64,000 nucleotides of DNA, from assembly GCA_963575745.1 (NCBI GenBank), contig CAUYUJ010000070.1:124001-188000 (forward strand), written 5' to 3'. Origin of the DNA: Prorocentrum cordatum (taxonomy: Eukaryota). Within the stretch, counting starts at the first letter, position 1; each line of letters opens with the position of its first letter. Below the pieces are notes generated by a model, which ran no database searches, had not been told where the DNA came from, and worked only from the letters and a program-made list of their open reading frames with translations. The position numbers and the translations under genes are program-made. Of this stretch, positions 1 to 13,431 are shown one piece after another.

Positions 1-454
1 CCCCCCCCCCCCCCCCACCCCCCCTTCCCCGGCAGAGCCACCCCGGCGACCCCCCCAGAGGCTGAAGCTCAGCCTCGAGGCTGTAGCTGAGACTCCTTGA
101 AACTCACACGCCGGATCGGCGGATATATCCGTAAGGGCTTCGCCCCCTGCCGCCGGCCCCCTCTCTATCAGAATGGGATACATCAGAGCTATATTGGGAT
201 GTTCGGGCGCCGTCTTGATGACATTCGGGAACGTCATGCTAGGGCGGCTGGCGATGAGCAAAACAGATTGAGATGTTGAAGTTGGTGTTGAACGCTTTGT
301 TGCCTTCTTGGCATTTTTCCCCAGCTGTTCACTGGAAGCGCTCTGGGAACGGCTGGGGATTGCTTCAGGCAATCTCTGGGAAGGTTATTTTTTCTGCTCT
401 GGAGAAGTAGTGGCGCCTTTGGGCAGCTTCCGCGAGGTGGATTCGTAGCGTGGA

Positions 455-1030
455 GGGTGCGCGCGAATGGGGTGTAATTTGCGGGGGATCGTGGCCTCGG
501 GGACGCGAATGTGGCGTAATTTACGAGGGATCGTGGCCTGGGGGGGTGAATGTGGAACCCACCGCCGAATTTTCCAGAAACGGGGGATCACATATCCGAA
601 TACAGAAAATTGCCGTTTTTCTGCTTTGGAGAGGGGGAGCGCCTTTTCGGCAGCCTCCGCAAGGCGAATTCGTGGCCTCGGGGGCGCGCCCGCTGCGTAA
701 TTTACGAAGGGTCGTGGCGTCAGGGGCGCGAACTTGTCTTAATTTACAAAGGATCGTGGCCTCGGGGGCGCGAACATTATATGAATTACATGGGATCGTG
801 GCTTCGGGGGCGCGAATTTGGTGTAAATTACAAGGGATTGTGGCCTCGAGGGCGCGAATGTGGAGCAATTTGCAAGGGATCGTGGCCTCGGAGACGCAAG
901 TGTGGTGTAAATTACGAGGGATCGTGGCCTCGGAGACGCGAACGCGGTGTACTTTACGAGGGATCGTGGCCTCGGGGGCGCGAACACAACAGCGTAATTT
1001 TCGAGGGACTCTGGCTTCGGGGGTACGAAA
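455..1030. repeat. 42-bp tandem repeat (GGGATCGTGGCCTCGGGGGCGCGAA...TAATTTAC)
   Basis: 42-bp period across about 750-965. Confidence 0.9.
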
Positions 1031-1339
1031 CTTTTGTATTTTTACGTGTCCCACGCCCCCCCAGAAATTCAGAAAACTCTCCCGGGGGGCGCTAACCAGG
1101 GCCCTTTTCGGCTCCCCCCCCTCGCGCGGACAGTAACAATTTTCAGTAGGAAGCAGAAAGCAGTACTGTAACAATGGAAACTGGAAACTGGAACTGGCGC
1201 AGGGAGCAGCAACCTCAATCCTCGCAGCCGGATGGCCCCGCAAGGGGGGCGTCGCCCGCGGGTCGGCGTCGACGCCGTCGTCCGCGGCGTCCGCGTCGGC
1301 ATCGTCCACAGTCCCTTGGTCGTCCGCTGGCGTGCGTCG

Positions 1340-1620
1340 GCCTCGTGTGCGTCGTCGTCGGCGTCGTCGTCGTCGGCGTTGGCGTCGGCGTTGGCGTCGG
1401 CGTCGGCGTCGGTCTCGGCGTCTGCGTCGGCGTCGGCGTCGGTCTCGGCGTCGGCGTCGGCGTCGGCGTCTGCGTCGGCGTCGGCGTCGGTCTCGGCGTC
1501 GGCGTCGGCGTCGTTGTCGGCGTCGCCGTCGTCTTCGTCGTCGGCGTCGGCGTCGGTGTTGGCGTCGGCGTTTGCGTCTGCGTCGTCGTCGTCGTCCGTC
1601 GGTCTCGGTGTCGTCGTCTG
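1340..1620. repeat. (GGCGTC)n / (GTC)n microsatellite
   Basis: Direct reading. Confidence 0.9.
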
Positions 1621-1668
1621 TCGGTCGCGTCGTCCGTCCCAGTTGCTGGTTGCCTCCCTCGCGGGCAG

Positions 1669-1729
1669 GATCGACGTGCTGCCCGCGGTGGTCATCGGCG
1701 AGCGCCCGATCCAGCTCGTCCGCATCGCG
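1669..1729 (+). CDS. Type-1 rhodopsin exon a (B-C loop and start of helix C): xIDVLPAVVIGERPIQLVRIA
   Basis: CAG|G acceptor at 1666-68; every codon ends in G/C; GA donor at 1730. With the next exon it reads GERPIQLVRIA+EW, aligning to bacteriorhodopsin (BR) GEQNPIYWARYADW. Confidence 0.75.
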
Positions 1730-2419
1730 GAGCGGGGGCCCAGGGCACTGGGTCCGAGTGGGCTCAGGGGGCGGCACCCGTCTCCTCTCAACGACGGCAG
1801 CGTAAGCTTTCGCCCTCGGTGCGATCGAAGCGGGTACGGAAAGATTGGGGTTGCGAGGGCGTGCTTTCTCCTTCCTCCCCAGCGACATGAGCGCACACTG
1901 TTCGAGGTCTGCGCGGATCCCTGGGGCCTGCGCTGGGCCGACCCGGCGGCGCCTCCGGCGCCGCCCCTGGCGCGCTCCTCGCGCCACGGAGGGGGGCCAG
2001 CGCAGATCATCCAGAAATTCGCGCGGGGCTTCTCTCGCTCGGCGCGATCGGTGTTTGTTTTGTGTGTGTGTGTGTGTGTGTGTGAGAGAAGTCCTCTCGT
2101 ATCACCATTCTATCCATATCTACTGCCGACGTCCTGGCTCGGGCACTGGCATCAGGCACAGCGCCGCCTTGTCCGCGGCGCATGGAAGACAGGGCTCGCG
2201 ACCCTCTCCCGAACCTTCTTCTGCCTACGGGACATCTAGTAGGCTCGACTCTTCGGTCGTCAACCTGCTTACACAGTCGGAGTTGGAGGCAGGAGCGGGG
2301 ACGAAGGTCGACATCAGTTCCTGTTCACTCTGGTTTGTCTCATGGCCTTTCCCCTCCGCTTTCCTCGTCGTCCTCCTCCAGAGAGGCGCTGAACCGAAAA
2401 GGTCCTGTCCACACTGGAC

Positions 2420-4823
2420 TTAAGTCGGCCTGTCCCTGTACAGGAGGAGTGTTCAAAAATAATCAAAATTAGCCTGACGAAAGACCCAACCATGGGAGGA
2501 GAAGGAAGCGAGGAGGGAAAGGAGGAGGAGGAGGGGGAGGGGACCCTCTCTCCCGTTCGCCTGCGGGGCCGCGAGCATGACGCCGACGGCGGCGCCGACG
2601 GCGGCGACGGCGGCATCGGCGGCGGCGACAGCGGCCAGGGCGGTCCTTCTTCCTCCTCCTCCTGCTCCTCCTCCTCCTCCTCCTCTTCCTCCTCCTCGTC
2701 CTCCTCCTCGCCCTCCTCCTCATCCTCCTCCTCCTCTTCCTCCTCCTCCTCCTCCTCCTCCTCCTCCTCCTCCTCCTCCTCCTCCTCCTCCTACCTCCTC
2801 CCCCTCCCTAATGCGACACGAAACGTGTGAGGGGTGGTGCCAAAATGGGGCGGCGGCGCCATTTGCGGTTGCGCACTTGGACCTGAGATGGAGCTCCCTG
2901 TGGGGCCACGGAACGTGTGAGGGGTGTGCCAAAATGGGGCGGCGGCGCCATGCGAACTGCGCCACGGGGACCTTAGGTGAGCTCCCTATGGGGCCCACGA
3001 AACGTGTGAGGGTGTGCCGAAAAGGGGCGGCGCCTGCCATGGCCACAGCGAGTGAGCGGGGGTGCCCCGAAATTGGGTGGAACCGCATCGAGCGCAGCCA
3101 CTGGGGCGGTTCGGTGGGTTCCTATGGGGCCACGAAACTGTGAGGGGTTTGCGTGTGCCAGAATGAGGGGTGGAACCGCGTGCGAGCGCAGCCACTGGGG
3201 CCTTCGGTGGAGCTCCCTATGGGGCCACGAAGCGTGTGAGGGGTGTGCCAGAATTGGGGGTGGAACCGCATGCGAGCGCAGCCACTGGGGCCTTCGGTGG
3301 AGCTCCCTATGGAGCCACGAAGCGTGTGAGGGGTGTGCCGAAATTGGGGGTGGAACCGCATGCGAGCGCTGCCACTGGGGCGTTCGGTGGAGCTCCCTGT
3401 GGGGCCACGAAACGTGTGAGGGGTGTGCCGAAAAGAGGGGTGGAACCGCATGCGAGCGCAGACGCTGGGGCCTTCGGTGGAGCTCTCTATGGGGCCACGA
3501 AACGAATGAGGTGTCTGCCGAAATGGGGGGGTGGAACCGCATGCGAGCGCAGCCACTGGGGCGTTCGGTGGAGCTCCCTATGGGGCCACGAAGCGTGTGA
3601 GGGGTGTGCCAGAATGGGGGGTGGAACCGCATGCGGGCGCAGCCACTGGGGCCTTCGGTGGAGCTCCCTATGGGGCCACGAAACGTGTGAGGGGGGTGCC
3701 AGAATTGGGGGTGGAACCGCATGCGAGCGCAGCCACTGGGGCCTTCGGTGGGGCTCCCTATGGAGCCACGAAACGTGCGAGGGGTGTGCCGAAAAGAGGT
3801 GTGGAACCGCATGCGAGCGCAGACGCTGGGGCCTTCGGTGGAGCTCTCTATGGGGCCACGAAACGAGTGAGGGGTGTGCCGAAATGGGGGGGTGGAACCG
3901 CATGCGAGCGCAGCCACTGGGGCGTTCGGTGGAGCTCCCTGTGGGGCCACGAAACGTGTGAGGGGTGTGGCAGAATGGGGGGTGGAACCGCATGCGAGCG
4001 CAGTCACTGGGGCGCTCGGTGGAGCTCCCTATGGAGCCACGAAACGTGTGAGGGGTGTGCCAGAATGGGGGGTGGAACCGCATGCGGGCGCAGCCACTGG
4101 GGCCTTCGGTGGAGCTCCCGATGGGGCCACGAAACGTGTGAGGGGTTGTGCGAGAATGGGGGGGTGGAAACCCGAATGCGAGCGCGCCACTGGGCCTTCG
4201 TGCGCTCCCTAAGGAGCCACGAAGCGTGTAGGGTTGTGCCAAGTGCCGAAAAATGGGGGGTGGAAACCGCACGCGAGCGCAGCCATTGGGCGTTTCGGTG
4301 GAGCTCCCCTGTGGGGCACGAAAAACGTGTGAGGGTTGGCCGGAAAGGGGGGGGGAACCGCATGCTAGCGCAGCCACTGGGGCTTCGGTGGAGCTCTCTA
4401 TGGGGGCACGTAAACGTGTGAGGGGTGGTGCCGAAATGGGGGGGGGGGGGGGGAAAAGCCCCACATGCGAGCAGCAGCCACTGGGGCGTTCAGTGGAGCT
4501 CCCTATGGGCCACGAAACGAATGAGGGTATGCGAGAATCGTGGGGGAACCGCCTGCGAGCCAGCACTCCCGCGCCTTCGGTGGAGCTCCCTATGGGGCCA
4601 CGAAACGTATGAGGGGTGTGCCGAATTGGGGTGGGCCGCATGCGAGCGGCGGCCACTGGGGCCTCGGTGGAGCTCCCTATGGGGCCACGAAACGTGTGAG
4701 GGGTGTGCCGAAAAGGGGGGTGGAACCGCATGCGAGCGCAGCCACTGGGGCCTTCGGTGGAGCTCCCTTTGGGGCCACGAAACGTGTGAGGGGTGTGCCG
4801 AAATGGGTGCAGGGGACGCATGC

Positions 4824-4871
<48 letters not shown>

Positions 4872-5133
4872 CGATGGTAATGGTGATGGTGATGATGCGG
4901 AGGATGATGATGATGATTATGATGATGATGATTATGATGATGATGCTGATGATGATGATGAGGAGGAGGATGACGATGATGATGATGGTGGCGATAACGG
5001 CGATGATGATCGCGATGATGGTGATGATGGCGATGATGACGATGATGACGACGACGATAATGACGATGACGATGACGACGATGCTGGTGATGCCGTCGTC
5101 GTTGATGATGTTGCTGCTGCTGCTGGTGATGAC

Positions 5134-5219
<86 letters not shown>

Positions 5220-5423
5220 CGGGAGGAGGGAGGAGGGGGGAGGAGGAGGAGAGGAGAGGAGAGGAGGACGCGGGGCACCGTCTCTTCAAAACGAGGACCC
5301 AACACCACAGGATGGTTGGGAAATAATTATTGGGACGATTTTTAAAGTATGTTTTGACAATTTTGGGGCATGCTTGGGATTTGTCGTCGAGAATCCCCCT
5401 GTAGGGGGACACGCCCGACATAA
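2420..5423. mobile_element. hAT-like MITE (family A) inflated by a nested satellite block
   Basis: Ends TTAAGTCGG..TACAGG and CCTGTAG..CCCGACATAA; perfect 8-bp TSD CACTGGAC (2412-19, 5424-31). Confidence 0.85.
2810..4810. repeat. Satellite with a unit of about 90 bp, about 22 copies
   Basis: GG(G/A)GCCACGA recurs at 3221, 3311, 3401, 3491. Confidence 0.95.
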
Positions 5424-7263
5424 CACTGGACAGGGCTCGCTGTCGGCGGCGTGCTCGGCGTTGGCAGGCTTTTCGCTGCTCTCGGAGTACTGGGGCCCCT
5501 GCCGGGCCCCAGGACCGTCAAGAAGCGACGTCGGCTGGAAAGCCAGTTCCCGGGATGGGGTCCAGCCTTTGGGGGCCTCTTCCAGGAGGCTTATCCATCC
5601 TGCGCTTTCTTCTTCTTCTTGCACTTTTGCGGGAAGCTCTTCGCCTTCGTTCTTTCCCTCCTCCGCCCTCCTCCCCGAGCAGGGAGGAGGTGTGTGGAGA
5701 CCGGGAGGAGGGGAAGGTGGAGTAGAGGAGGGAGGGAAGATGAGGGAGTGGGAGGAGGAGGAAAGCAAGGGAAGGTGGGGTAGAGAAAGGAGGGAAGAGG
5801 AGGGAATAGGAGGAGGAGGGGGAGGAAAGGAAGGACTGGGCAGGAGAGGGAAGGCTGTGGAGGAGGCGACATGGGCAGAAGAGATGAAGCAAGTGGGCTC
5901 GGGGGGTGCTCTTTCTATCCCCCCCCTCTTTCCCCTTGTCTTCCTGTACCCCTTCCTTCTCCCGGGCTTTTCCACTTCCTCCTCCTTTTCGCACTTTCCG
6001 CCATCATTGTCATCATTCTCCCTCGTCCTCTCATCCTGCGTATCACATTCGTCTTCTTCTTTTACATGTGCGCAATGCGCACGCGTTTGCCTTCCTTAAA
6101 CCTCATACCCGCAGCCCCTTCTGCACAAGCGAGTTGGCAAATGTCTCCATCCCACACTCAAGTGCAAGTGCCTTAGCAATTCCCATGTTCTGTTCGCAAG
6201 CGTGTTCGCGCCGTCGGCGTGGTTGGCCAGAGTCGACACGCCAGCTGCTGACGCACCAGTTCCGCGTCGTGCACCATCCACGCATGCCCGGACGTGCGCT
6301 TTCTCGGCCCTGACCCGCTGGAGTTCTGTAGCAGCCGTAGAGTGCACCAAGATTCTGGTCCTCCAACGCGGCATCGACGTCGTGGTCGGCAGTCTTGTTA
6401 AGCTCGCGAGAGTCTCAAGTAACCCCCCTTAACTCTCTGAGTAGTTATTATCCCCGCGTCAATCGGATTTGATCGTGGAGAGGGGCGGCGAGGCCGAACT
6501 GAGAATCTCCGAGGGAAGTTGCCAATGGACGTTGTTATTACCTTATGTCGACTAGCAGCATCATCATCTTATCGCCATGGGCAGGGGCTGAGGCCGGATT
6601 TTGTGTTCGGACGGGGCGACGCAGGTTGAGTGCGGACGTCGCGGGCGCGGGCGTGCAAAACGAGGTCTTTCCATTCGGGAAGCGACTCGCCTTCCCGAAT
6701 CATGCGCGTTAGACGCCGCAGCGTCCGCGCTGCAAGGGTCGCTCCCGCCGCAGACTGCGCGAGCTAGGCACGGCGTGCGCCTTTAGCGCGGTCTGCGGCC
6801 GATGGTCAAAGTCCTCTGGGCGATCTCGCGTCGCCTCCTTGGCGCATTCGGCCATGTCGAACGCGAAACCGTGCGATATGTTTTGTTCAATTGGCTTTGG
6901 CAGTTGAGGCTTTCGTTTGCGCGTCGCGTGTGTGCCCAAGCCAGGGGGCACCGATGGCCATCGCTGTCTGCTCACTGCAGGGTCCGAGCTTTCGGGGCGC
7001 CATTTGTTTTAGGCGCTATTTTTCGACGGCCACGTTTATGTGTCCGTCGCACGTGCCGCCTCTTCCTGCGCTACTGTTTTATGAGTGGCGCGGCGTGCCC
7101 CGGGGACAACGCAGCGCGTTTCGGCGAGCATTCGGCTTGCGATTTCTAGCGCGCTTTGTTGCGGGATGCCAGCGTGCGCAAGCGTGCCGCCCACTCTTAG
7201 CTTGTGGCCGGCAACGGCGTCGCATTCGCGTGCGTTCCCGCGCCCGATTTATAGTTTTTTGTT

Positions 7264-7279
7264 TATATATATGTATATA

Positions 7280-7319
<40 letters not shown>

Positions 7320-7338
7320 GTTTTAAAATGTTGTTTTG

Positions 7339-7404
<66 letters not shown>
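7264..7404. repeat. (TA)n and (GTT)n microsatellites
   Basis: Direct reading. Confidence 0.95.
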
Positions 7405-8469
7405 GTACTATCGTCTCTTGGCCGATGTGCCATATAGATAAAATAATATCAAAAAGCACGATCGTCATCATCGTAGTCTTCGGAGTGATCGAGATCACGG
7501 TCATCATCGGGCCCCTCCCAGCGCCGAGGGTCGGCAGCGTGTGGGGACGGTGGGGCGTGTTCCACGGCGGCCTGGCTTCGCGAAGGTCCGCTTGGGCGGG
7601 TGTGCCGGGCGAGCCAGGCTCACCCGTGTTCCGCGTGGAGCTGGGCCGCCTTGGAAGACGCCCCTCTGTTCCCACACGCTGCCGCTGCCAGGGGTCAGGA
7701 TGACGCGAGTTCACAAGACAACCGCAAATGCGTCTTCCTACTGGGTCTGGGGACACGGCCTAGGAGATATGAGGTCTCGCCGGGATGTGGGACTTGTTCC
7801 ATGTCCACGATTTAAGAGCTTTCCGAGGGAGGCGCTGCCGGAATAGCGACGGCGACGGCGACGGAATAGCTTCAACACCCCGTCCCCTCAGTTGCGGAAA
7901 ATGATGAGGGGGCGCCCGACCACGCACCCAGGGACTCTGGAAGACTGCTCGGCCCCGTCACTTCTGGTTCTGGCCTGTGGCTGAGCAGTGCAAGAGTACA
8001 GACGGACAGGGGGCAGCCGTCCGCAGCCTACACCCCCACTTCCAATTCTTCCGTTTCCTCCTCCACCTCCCCTCCCTCCCTTTCTCCTCCACTTCCTCCC
8101 TTTCCCCTTCCATTTCCAGTGCCTCCCCCGTCCTCCTCAACCTCCACTTCCTCCCCTTCTTCTTTCTCGATCGATGCTTTCAGGGGTTTCTCGGGGACCC
8201 TCGTGGCCTTCTCTTGCGACGTGGCCCAACTGAGGGGTATAAAAACTCGTCGGAAAACATCAGTCGGTTTTTTGATGTAATTTGACAGGTATGCGTGGCC
8301 CCAGGGAAAGACAAACCAGGTTTTTATACCAGGTGCGTGTTCCACCCGCCCAAAGTTTTTCGACGGTGTCCCGAAAAAAGGCCGCAAAGTTTTTCGACGG
8401 GGCCGAAAAAAAAGGCCGCCAAGTTTTTCGACGGGCCCGGGCGGTTTTTCGACGGATTTTTTGCCCGAT

Positions 8470-8700
8470 GACCCCCAAGAGGAGGCCCCAAGAGGCCCCA
8501 AGAGGCCCCAGGAGGTTCCAGGACCCAGGAGGCCCGACGAGGCCCCAGGAGGCCCCAGAAAGTTCCAGGAGACCCCACGAAGCTCCACGACGCCCCAGGG
8601 GGCCCCCCGAGGCCCCAGGATGCACCAGGAGGCCCTAGGATGCGCCCGGAGGCCCAAAGAGGCCCAAGGAGGCCCCAGGAGGGTCCCGGAGGCCCCACTG
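8470..8700. repeat. GGCCCCA(A/G)GA-type minisatellite of about 10 bp; reverse-complement array at 11660-12200
   Basis: GGCCCCAAGA versus TCTTGGGGCC. Confidence 0.8.
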
Positions 8701-10697
8701 GGGCTTCTTTCGGGTGGAAGGGCGCCGGCCATCCGCAGTGGGAGGGGAAGGGGAGGAGGAGGAGGAGGAGGAGGACGACGACGCAACGAGGATGACGGCG
8801 AGGATTTGTGGTTGGACTTTGACTCAGCATTGGGTCGATGCTGACCGCGCTTGAAAGCAGCAGCAGGGCATCCTAGTGTTATTGCCTCGCCTCTGGCGGT
8901 GGCGGGCTCGGTCAGCTGTGTCCCGACGTATGGTTCGGAGTTTACAAAAAACCTGCGCGCCGAAGGTGCCGTTGATCATTTTAGAGCCGTCATCGGCGGG
9001 CAGCACATGCCCCGAATAGTTTAAGGCTGTTCGAGTTGAAATTCTGACAGCTGGCACTCAAGTGCGCATCGAATACGTATAAAGAGCGCCGGCGCGCGGG
9101 AAACGCTTCGATCATACGTCAAATCAATGCGTGGAACATTTTTGCAAACGCTACCGCAACATAAATGCGCGGGCATGCAAGCAGAACGAACTGCATGTAT
9201 GTTGTGCTTCATCTAGCACCATGGCGTCGTGTCTGGCGGGCCAGGGAACGCTCTCCGCAATTCGTTGTCCGCCAGCGCTGTTTGCTCGGAGGTAGCGTGC
9301 AGTTGTTGGCTCTTGCATCGCGCGTGCCGCGAACTGCGCGCCCGCAAACTTAACGACGCGTTGCTGTCATAAATGGTGGCGTCGGGGCCCTCGCGCAGCC
9401 GTCGGCTTTGTTGCAGCCCTGAGAGCTTTTGTAAGCCCCCGAACGACCGCATTTTGTTGTTCCCGTGCATGGTACTTCTCCTAAGCGCGTCGGTGGTCGC
9501 ATGGGCGTTTGCCATTCCTGCGGGGTTGCTCTTTCGCGACTCGGCCCCGCTGACCCGTTCAGCTTATGATGCGTCGGCGAATGACGTCGAAGCTTTGGCT
9601 GGACAGCGCCGTTGCCGTCGCGGTGCAACAGACCCCAGCAGCCCCGCCGTTCGAACTCGACGAGGGCCGAGCGGCGGGTGAATTCAGGAAATCTGAAAAG
9701 CGAGCTCAGCTCCGAGATCAGGCGCCCAGGTGCGGGCATTTGCCGCTTCCAGGCCGTCGGCACTTTGAGATTGCATTGGCTAGGTCGACACTCCAGCTTG
9801 TCGGGTCGCGCAATCAGGCACTGAGATTGCATCGAGATATGTTCAGAGGAAACAGACAATCTTCAAACCAAATCCACCGCTTCCCCCTCGAGGGGGTGCC
9901 GATGGTGAATCTTATGGTGACTGGCAACATCACCTTATGTTGACTAGCTACAAGGTCGGTGTACACGAGCGCCCAGACCTTCAGATCTGTCGAGACAGTA
10001 TTGTGCCAATATTTACAAGGTCAGTGTACACGAGCGCCCAGACTCGAGTTCTGTCGAGTCACTCTTGTGCCAAGATTTACAAAGTCAGTCCACGCGATCG
10101 CCCAGGATCATCATCATCATCATCATCGTCATCATTATCATCATCATCATCATCAGCCGGGAACGTCGTTGATTATGCTCGCCAGACCCCGAGCTTCATT
10201 ATCCACCTGGGATTATTACCGGGGGAACAGGGTTCTCAACGTCACATATGGACCGGGGGATGCAACGCCGATGGACATGTTCGGTCTGGCGCCCCTGCCC
10301 CTGCAATGTTCACGGCGACGCCCAACTCGAGCGAAAATTGGTCGCCAAAGTGACCCCGTCAACTGCGGCCTGCCCCCGAGCAGCTCCGCCAGCTGTTGGC
10401 TGTCAGTCTGCACTCGCACTGGGCCGCGCGTCCGTTCCCAGGCGCAGTACCTTGAAGTCGGGCATGTCCCTCTACGCGAGGAATATTCGAAAATTGTCGA
10501 CACATAGTTTGGGGGCTATGTTACATTGTTTTGATTTTGTTTTAATTCTTTAATTCCCTACCTGGGCTCTGCCCAGGAGGATTCTTGCCCTCTGTCTTAA
10601 AAGGGGCGCGCAATGGGCCCCACCCCGGGCGGTTCCCCCAGGATCCGCCCCGCGGTTCTTCCAGTTGCGTCCCCTGGGTTCACCCAGCTCAGCCGAA

Positions 10698-11230
10698 CTT
10701 AGCTTAGCTTCGCTTAGCTTATCTCATATTAGTTTAGCTTAGCTTAGCTTATCTTAGCTTGGCTTATCTCATCTTAGCTGAATTTAGCTTAGCATAGCTT
10801 AGCTTAGCTTAGCTTAGCTTAGCTTAGCTTAGTCTAGCCCAGCTGAACTTAGCTTAGCTTTGATTAACACATATTACCTTAGCTTAGCTTAGCGCAGCCC
10901 AGCATAGTGCATCGCAGCACTAGCACAGCATAGCATAGCGTAGCCAAGCATCGCATATCATAGCATCGCTCAGGTCAGTTCAGCACGTCATATCATATCA
11001 TAGTAGGTCATACCATATCATGTCATAGAGCAACAAAACATATCATATCATACCATTGCTTATCATAACGCAGCGCAGCATAGCCTATCATGTCATACCA
11101 TAGCATCGCATATCATATCATAGCATAGCATCGCATATCATACCCTAACCTAGCCTAGCCTAGTTTGGCCCAGCATAGCATTGCGCAGCATATCATAGCA
11201 TAGCACAGCATAGCATAGCAGAGCGCAGCG
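10698..11230. repeat. Pentamer arrays (CTTAG)n then (CATAG/CATAT)n
   Basis: Direct reading. Confidence 0.95.
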
Positions 11231-12519
11231 CAACATCCACTATTGTTGCTGCTAGTGTTGCTTTCCTAGAGGTTCCAACTCCTAGGTAGGGCCGCGCTGG
11301 CATAATGTGTTGTGAATATTTGTCGTTCAATCGCTTCGCTCACTCCGCCGGCCCATGCTGCATGATCGCTACTGCTTCGCCGTGGGCCTGGGGCCATTGT
11401 GGCGCCGCCGAGGAGGAGGAAGATGAGGATGGGGAAGGGGAGGGGAGGAGGAGGAGGAGAGGATGAGAAGGAGAGGGGGGGGATGAAGGTAACTAGGAGG
11501 AGGAGGAGGAGGAGGAGGAGGAGGAGGAGGAGGAGGAGGAGGAGGAGGAGGAGGAGGAGGAGGAGGAGGAGGAGGAAAAACAGGAAGAGAAAGGGGCGGA
11601 GGAGGAACCCCTCGTTGGCATCTTGTGTTACTCTTGGGGCCAAATAGGGTCGTCGTCAAGATGCTTCTTTGGGAGGCCTCTTGGGTTCTTTTGATAAAGC
11701 CGTTCGGGGGCGCCTGGGAGGCATTTTTGAAGCCTTGTGGGGCCTCTGGGGGCCTCTTTTGGGCCTCCTGGGGGCCTCCTAGGGTTTTTTGGGGGCCTCT
11801 TGGTGGCATCTTGGGGTCTCTTGGGGCGGAAGGCTAGAGTTTGCGGTTCGTGGTCCCCGGGGCCATCTTGGGCCGTTTTGGGCGCCTCTTTGGCCGTCTC
11901 GGGGCCCTCTTGGGCCCTCTTGGGGCCCTCTTGGAAGCCCCTTGGCCCGTCTTGGGGCGCTCTTGGGGGCCTCTTGGGCCGTCTTGGAGCATCGGATGGC
12001 CGAAAAGGCGACAAGGCGAAAATCCTTCCCAAACCATCGTAAAATCTATGATTTTGGCCTCTCGGGGCCCTCTTATGAGGCCTCTTGGAGGCCACTTGGA
12101 GGCCTCTTGGGCCGTCTTGGGGTCATCATCGGCGTCTTGGAGCGCTCGGGGGCCTCTTGGGCAGTCTTGGGGGCCTCTTGGGGCACTCTTGGCGCGCTCT
12201 GGGGGGCCTGAGAAGCCACACCCAGGAGGAAAACCATCTCTGAGTAGCAGTTGCCGGGCTGCGGTCGGGCGGCGGTCGGGGTACTTTTCGCCGGGGGACC
12301 CCCAGGGGCCGCCCCGCGCGCGCGAAGTAGAGATATTGCTAGCCAGTTGCCGGAGATCTTAGCATGCCTCTGGCCCGTTGGGCCGGTGACTTTTCCGTCC
12401 AGAATCCGCCTGTAGTGGTGCATGCCCAACCTAACATGAGTGGGCACATCGGCATCGACTCGCAGCTTAAGCAGACCCGTGGAACGTTAGGCACTGGGCC
12501 CCCAGGAGCCTGCATAGCA

Positions 12520-12694
12520 TTACGTCGGGCCTGTCCGTCTACAGGAGGAATATTCGGAAATAGTCAGAAAACAGGACTGGGTCGATGTCTTCGACTATGT
12601 TTGGACTAGTTTGAGTTTTTTTTTTTTTTTTTTTTTTTTCTCTTTCTGGTTCTTTCTTCCAAAATCCGCCTTCAGGGGGACATGCCCGACCTAA
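12520..12694. mobile_element. hAT-like MITE family A
   Basis: Same terminal inverted repeats (TIRs); 8-bp TSD GCATAGCA on both sides. Confidence 0.9.
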
Positions 12695-12702
12695 GCATAG
12701 CA

Positions 12703-13431
12703 GCGGGACGCGGTGTGCGCCATTTGCCGCAAAACACGCTGCAGAAATCGCTGCATAGGCCCATCTGCTGTGGCAGTGTCTGACAAGGAGCCCGCTTGTC
12801 CCGCCATCTCGCCCGCTGGTGTCCCCTGTTGGCTTCGTACATGACCTTCTTTTCGACGTGTTCGCTCTGTGGAGGTGGCGCGGGCCCCTTCCCACCACTC
12901 CGGAGAACGGAGATAATGGAAACTTTGGAGCGGCAGCGTCCTGTGGTCCCAAACAGACTGTGCCCATCCAGGCGTAGACTTCTTGCATCAGCGAAATCAA
13001 TTGAATCTGCGCCCATCCAGCCTATAACTTTGACTGCGGTCGTCGTCGGGACGCCGTTGGAGATGCAACATCTTCCGCAATGCTCTCAGCTCCCGAGATT
13101 GGATGTGCCGTAATCTGCCCGCTGTCTGCCGCCACACGGAGCAATTGTAGGTTGCAACCGAGATATTGTTCGTGCGCCAAGAGCGAGGTCTTGTGCAATT
13201 CAAGGGGTAGTGCTCTGTTTCGGAATGCTGGCTGATCCGTGGGATGATGTCCCTCCGTCCTGGGGAAGTTGGAATCGATGCTTGCGTGTGTCGAGCCGAA
13301 TTCGTCCAGAAAATCACCCAGAAGATAACGATGCTGCTTCGGTTTGCCCTCTGACTTTGAAGCTTCTATCCCCCGCGCTCAAACGGCCCTCTCCGTCGAC
13401 GGCCGTCGCAGAAGACACCGTGTGCTCTAAT
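12703..13431 (-). mobile_element. Degraded LINE 3' fragment (RT end and thumb, RTE-like)
   Basis: Across frames: HRYLLGDFLDEFGSTHASID, AFRNRALPLEL, SVATYNCSVW, ELRALRKML, YAWMGTV, GHQRARW. Order matches YLG..G..EI / YGCETW / RCLRRIL / WxGHV / GRPxxRW. Confidence 0.55.

Noticed and set aside
1907..2027. Other exon-like GC islands (1907, 5434, 7529, 20731, 24380, 38227, 57149, 62504)
   Set aside because: They are not needed for, and would break, the rhodopsin alignment. No independent support.
2810..4810. CRISPR-like array or repeat protein (also 48260-50745 and 455-1030)
   Set aside because: Whole units repeat with no unique spacers, unit lengths vary by single bases, and there are no cas genes. 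These are satellites.
3487..6099. Poly-D/H/I/M/S/V/E/P ORFs throughout the track
   Set aside because: Translations of GAT, CAT, TAG and GGA microsatellites.
8800..10450. Unique-looking segments (also 6060-7250, 23100-23580, 36820-37440) as genes
   Set aside because: No sustained frame, codon bias or motif that I can recognise; probably old TE debris.
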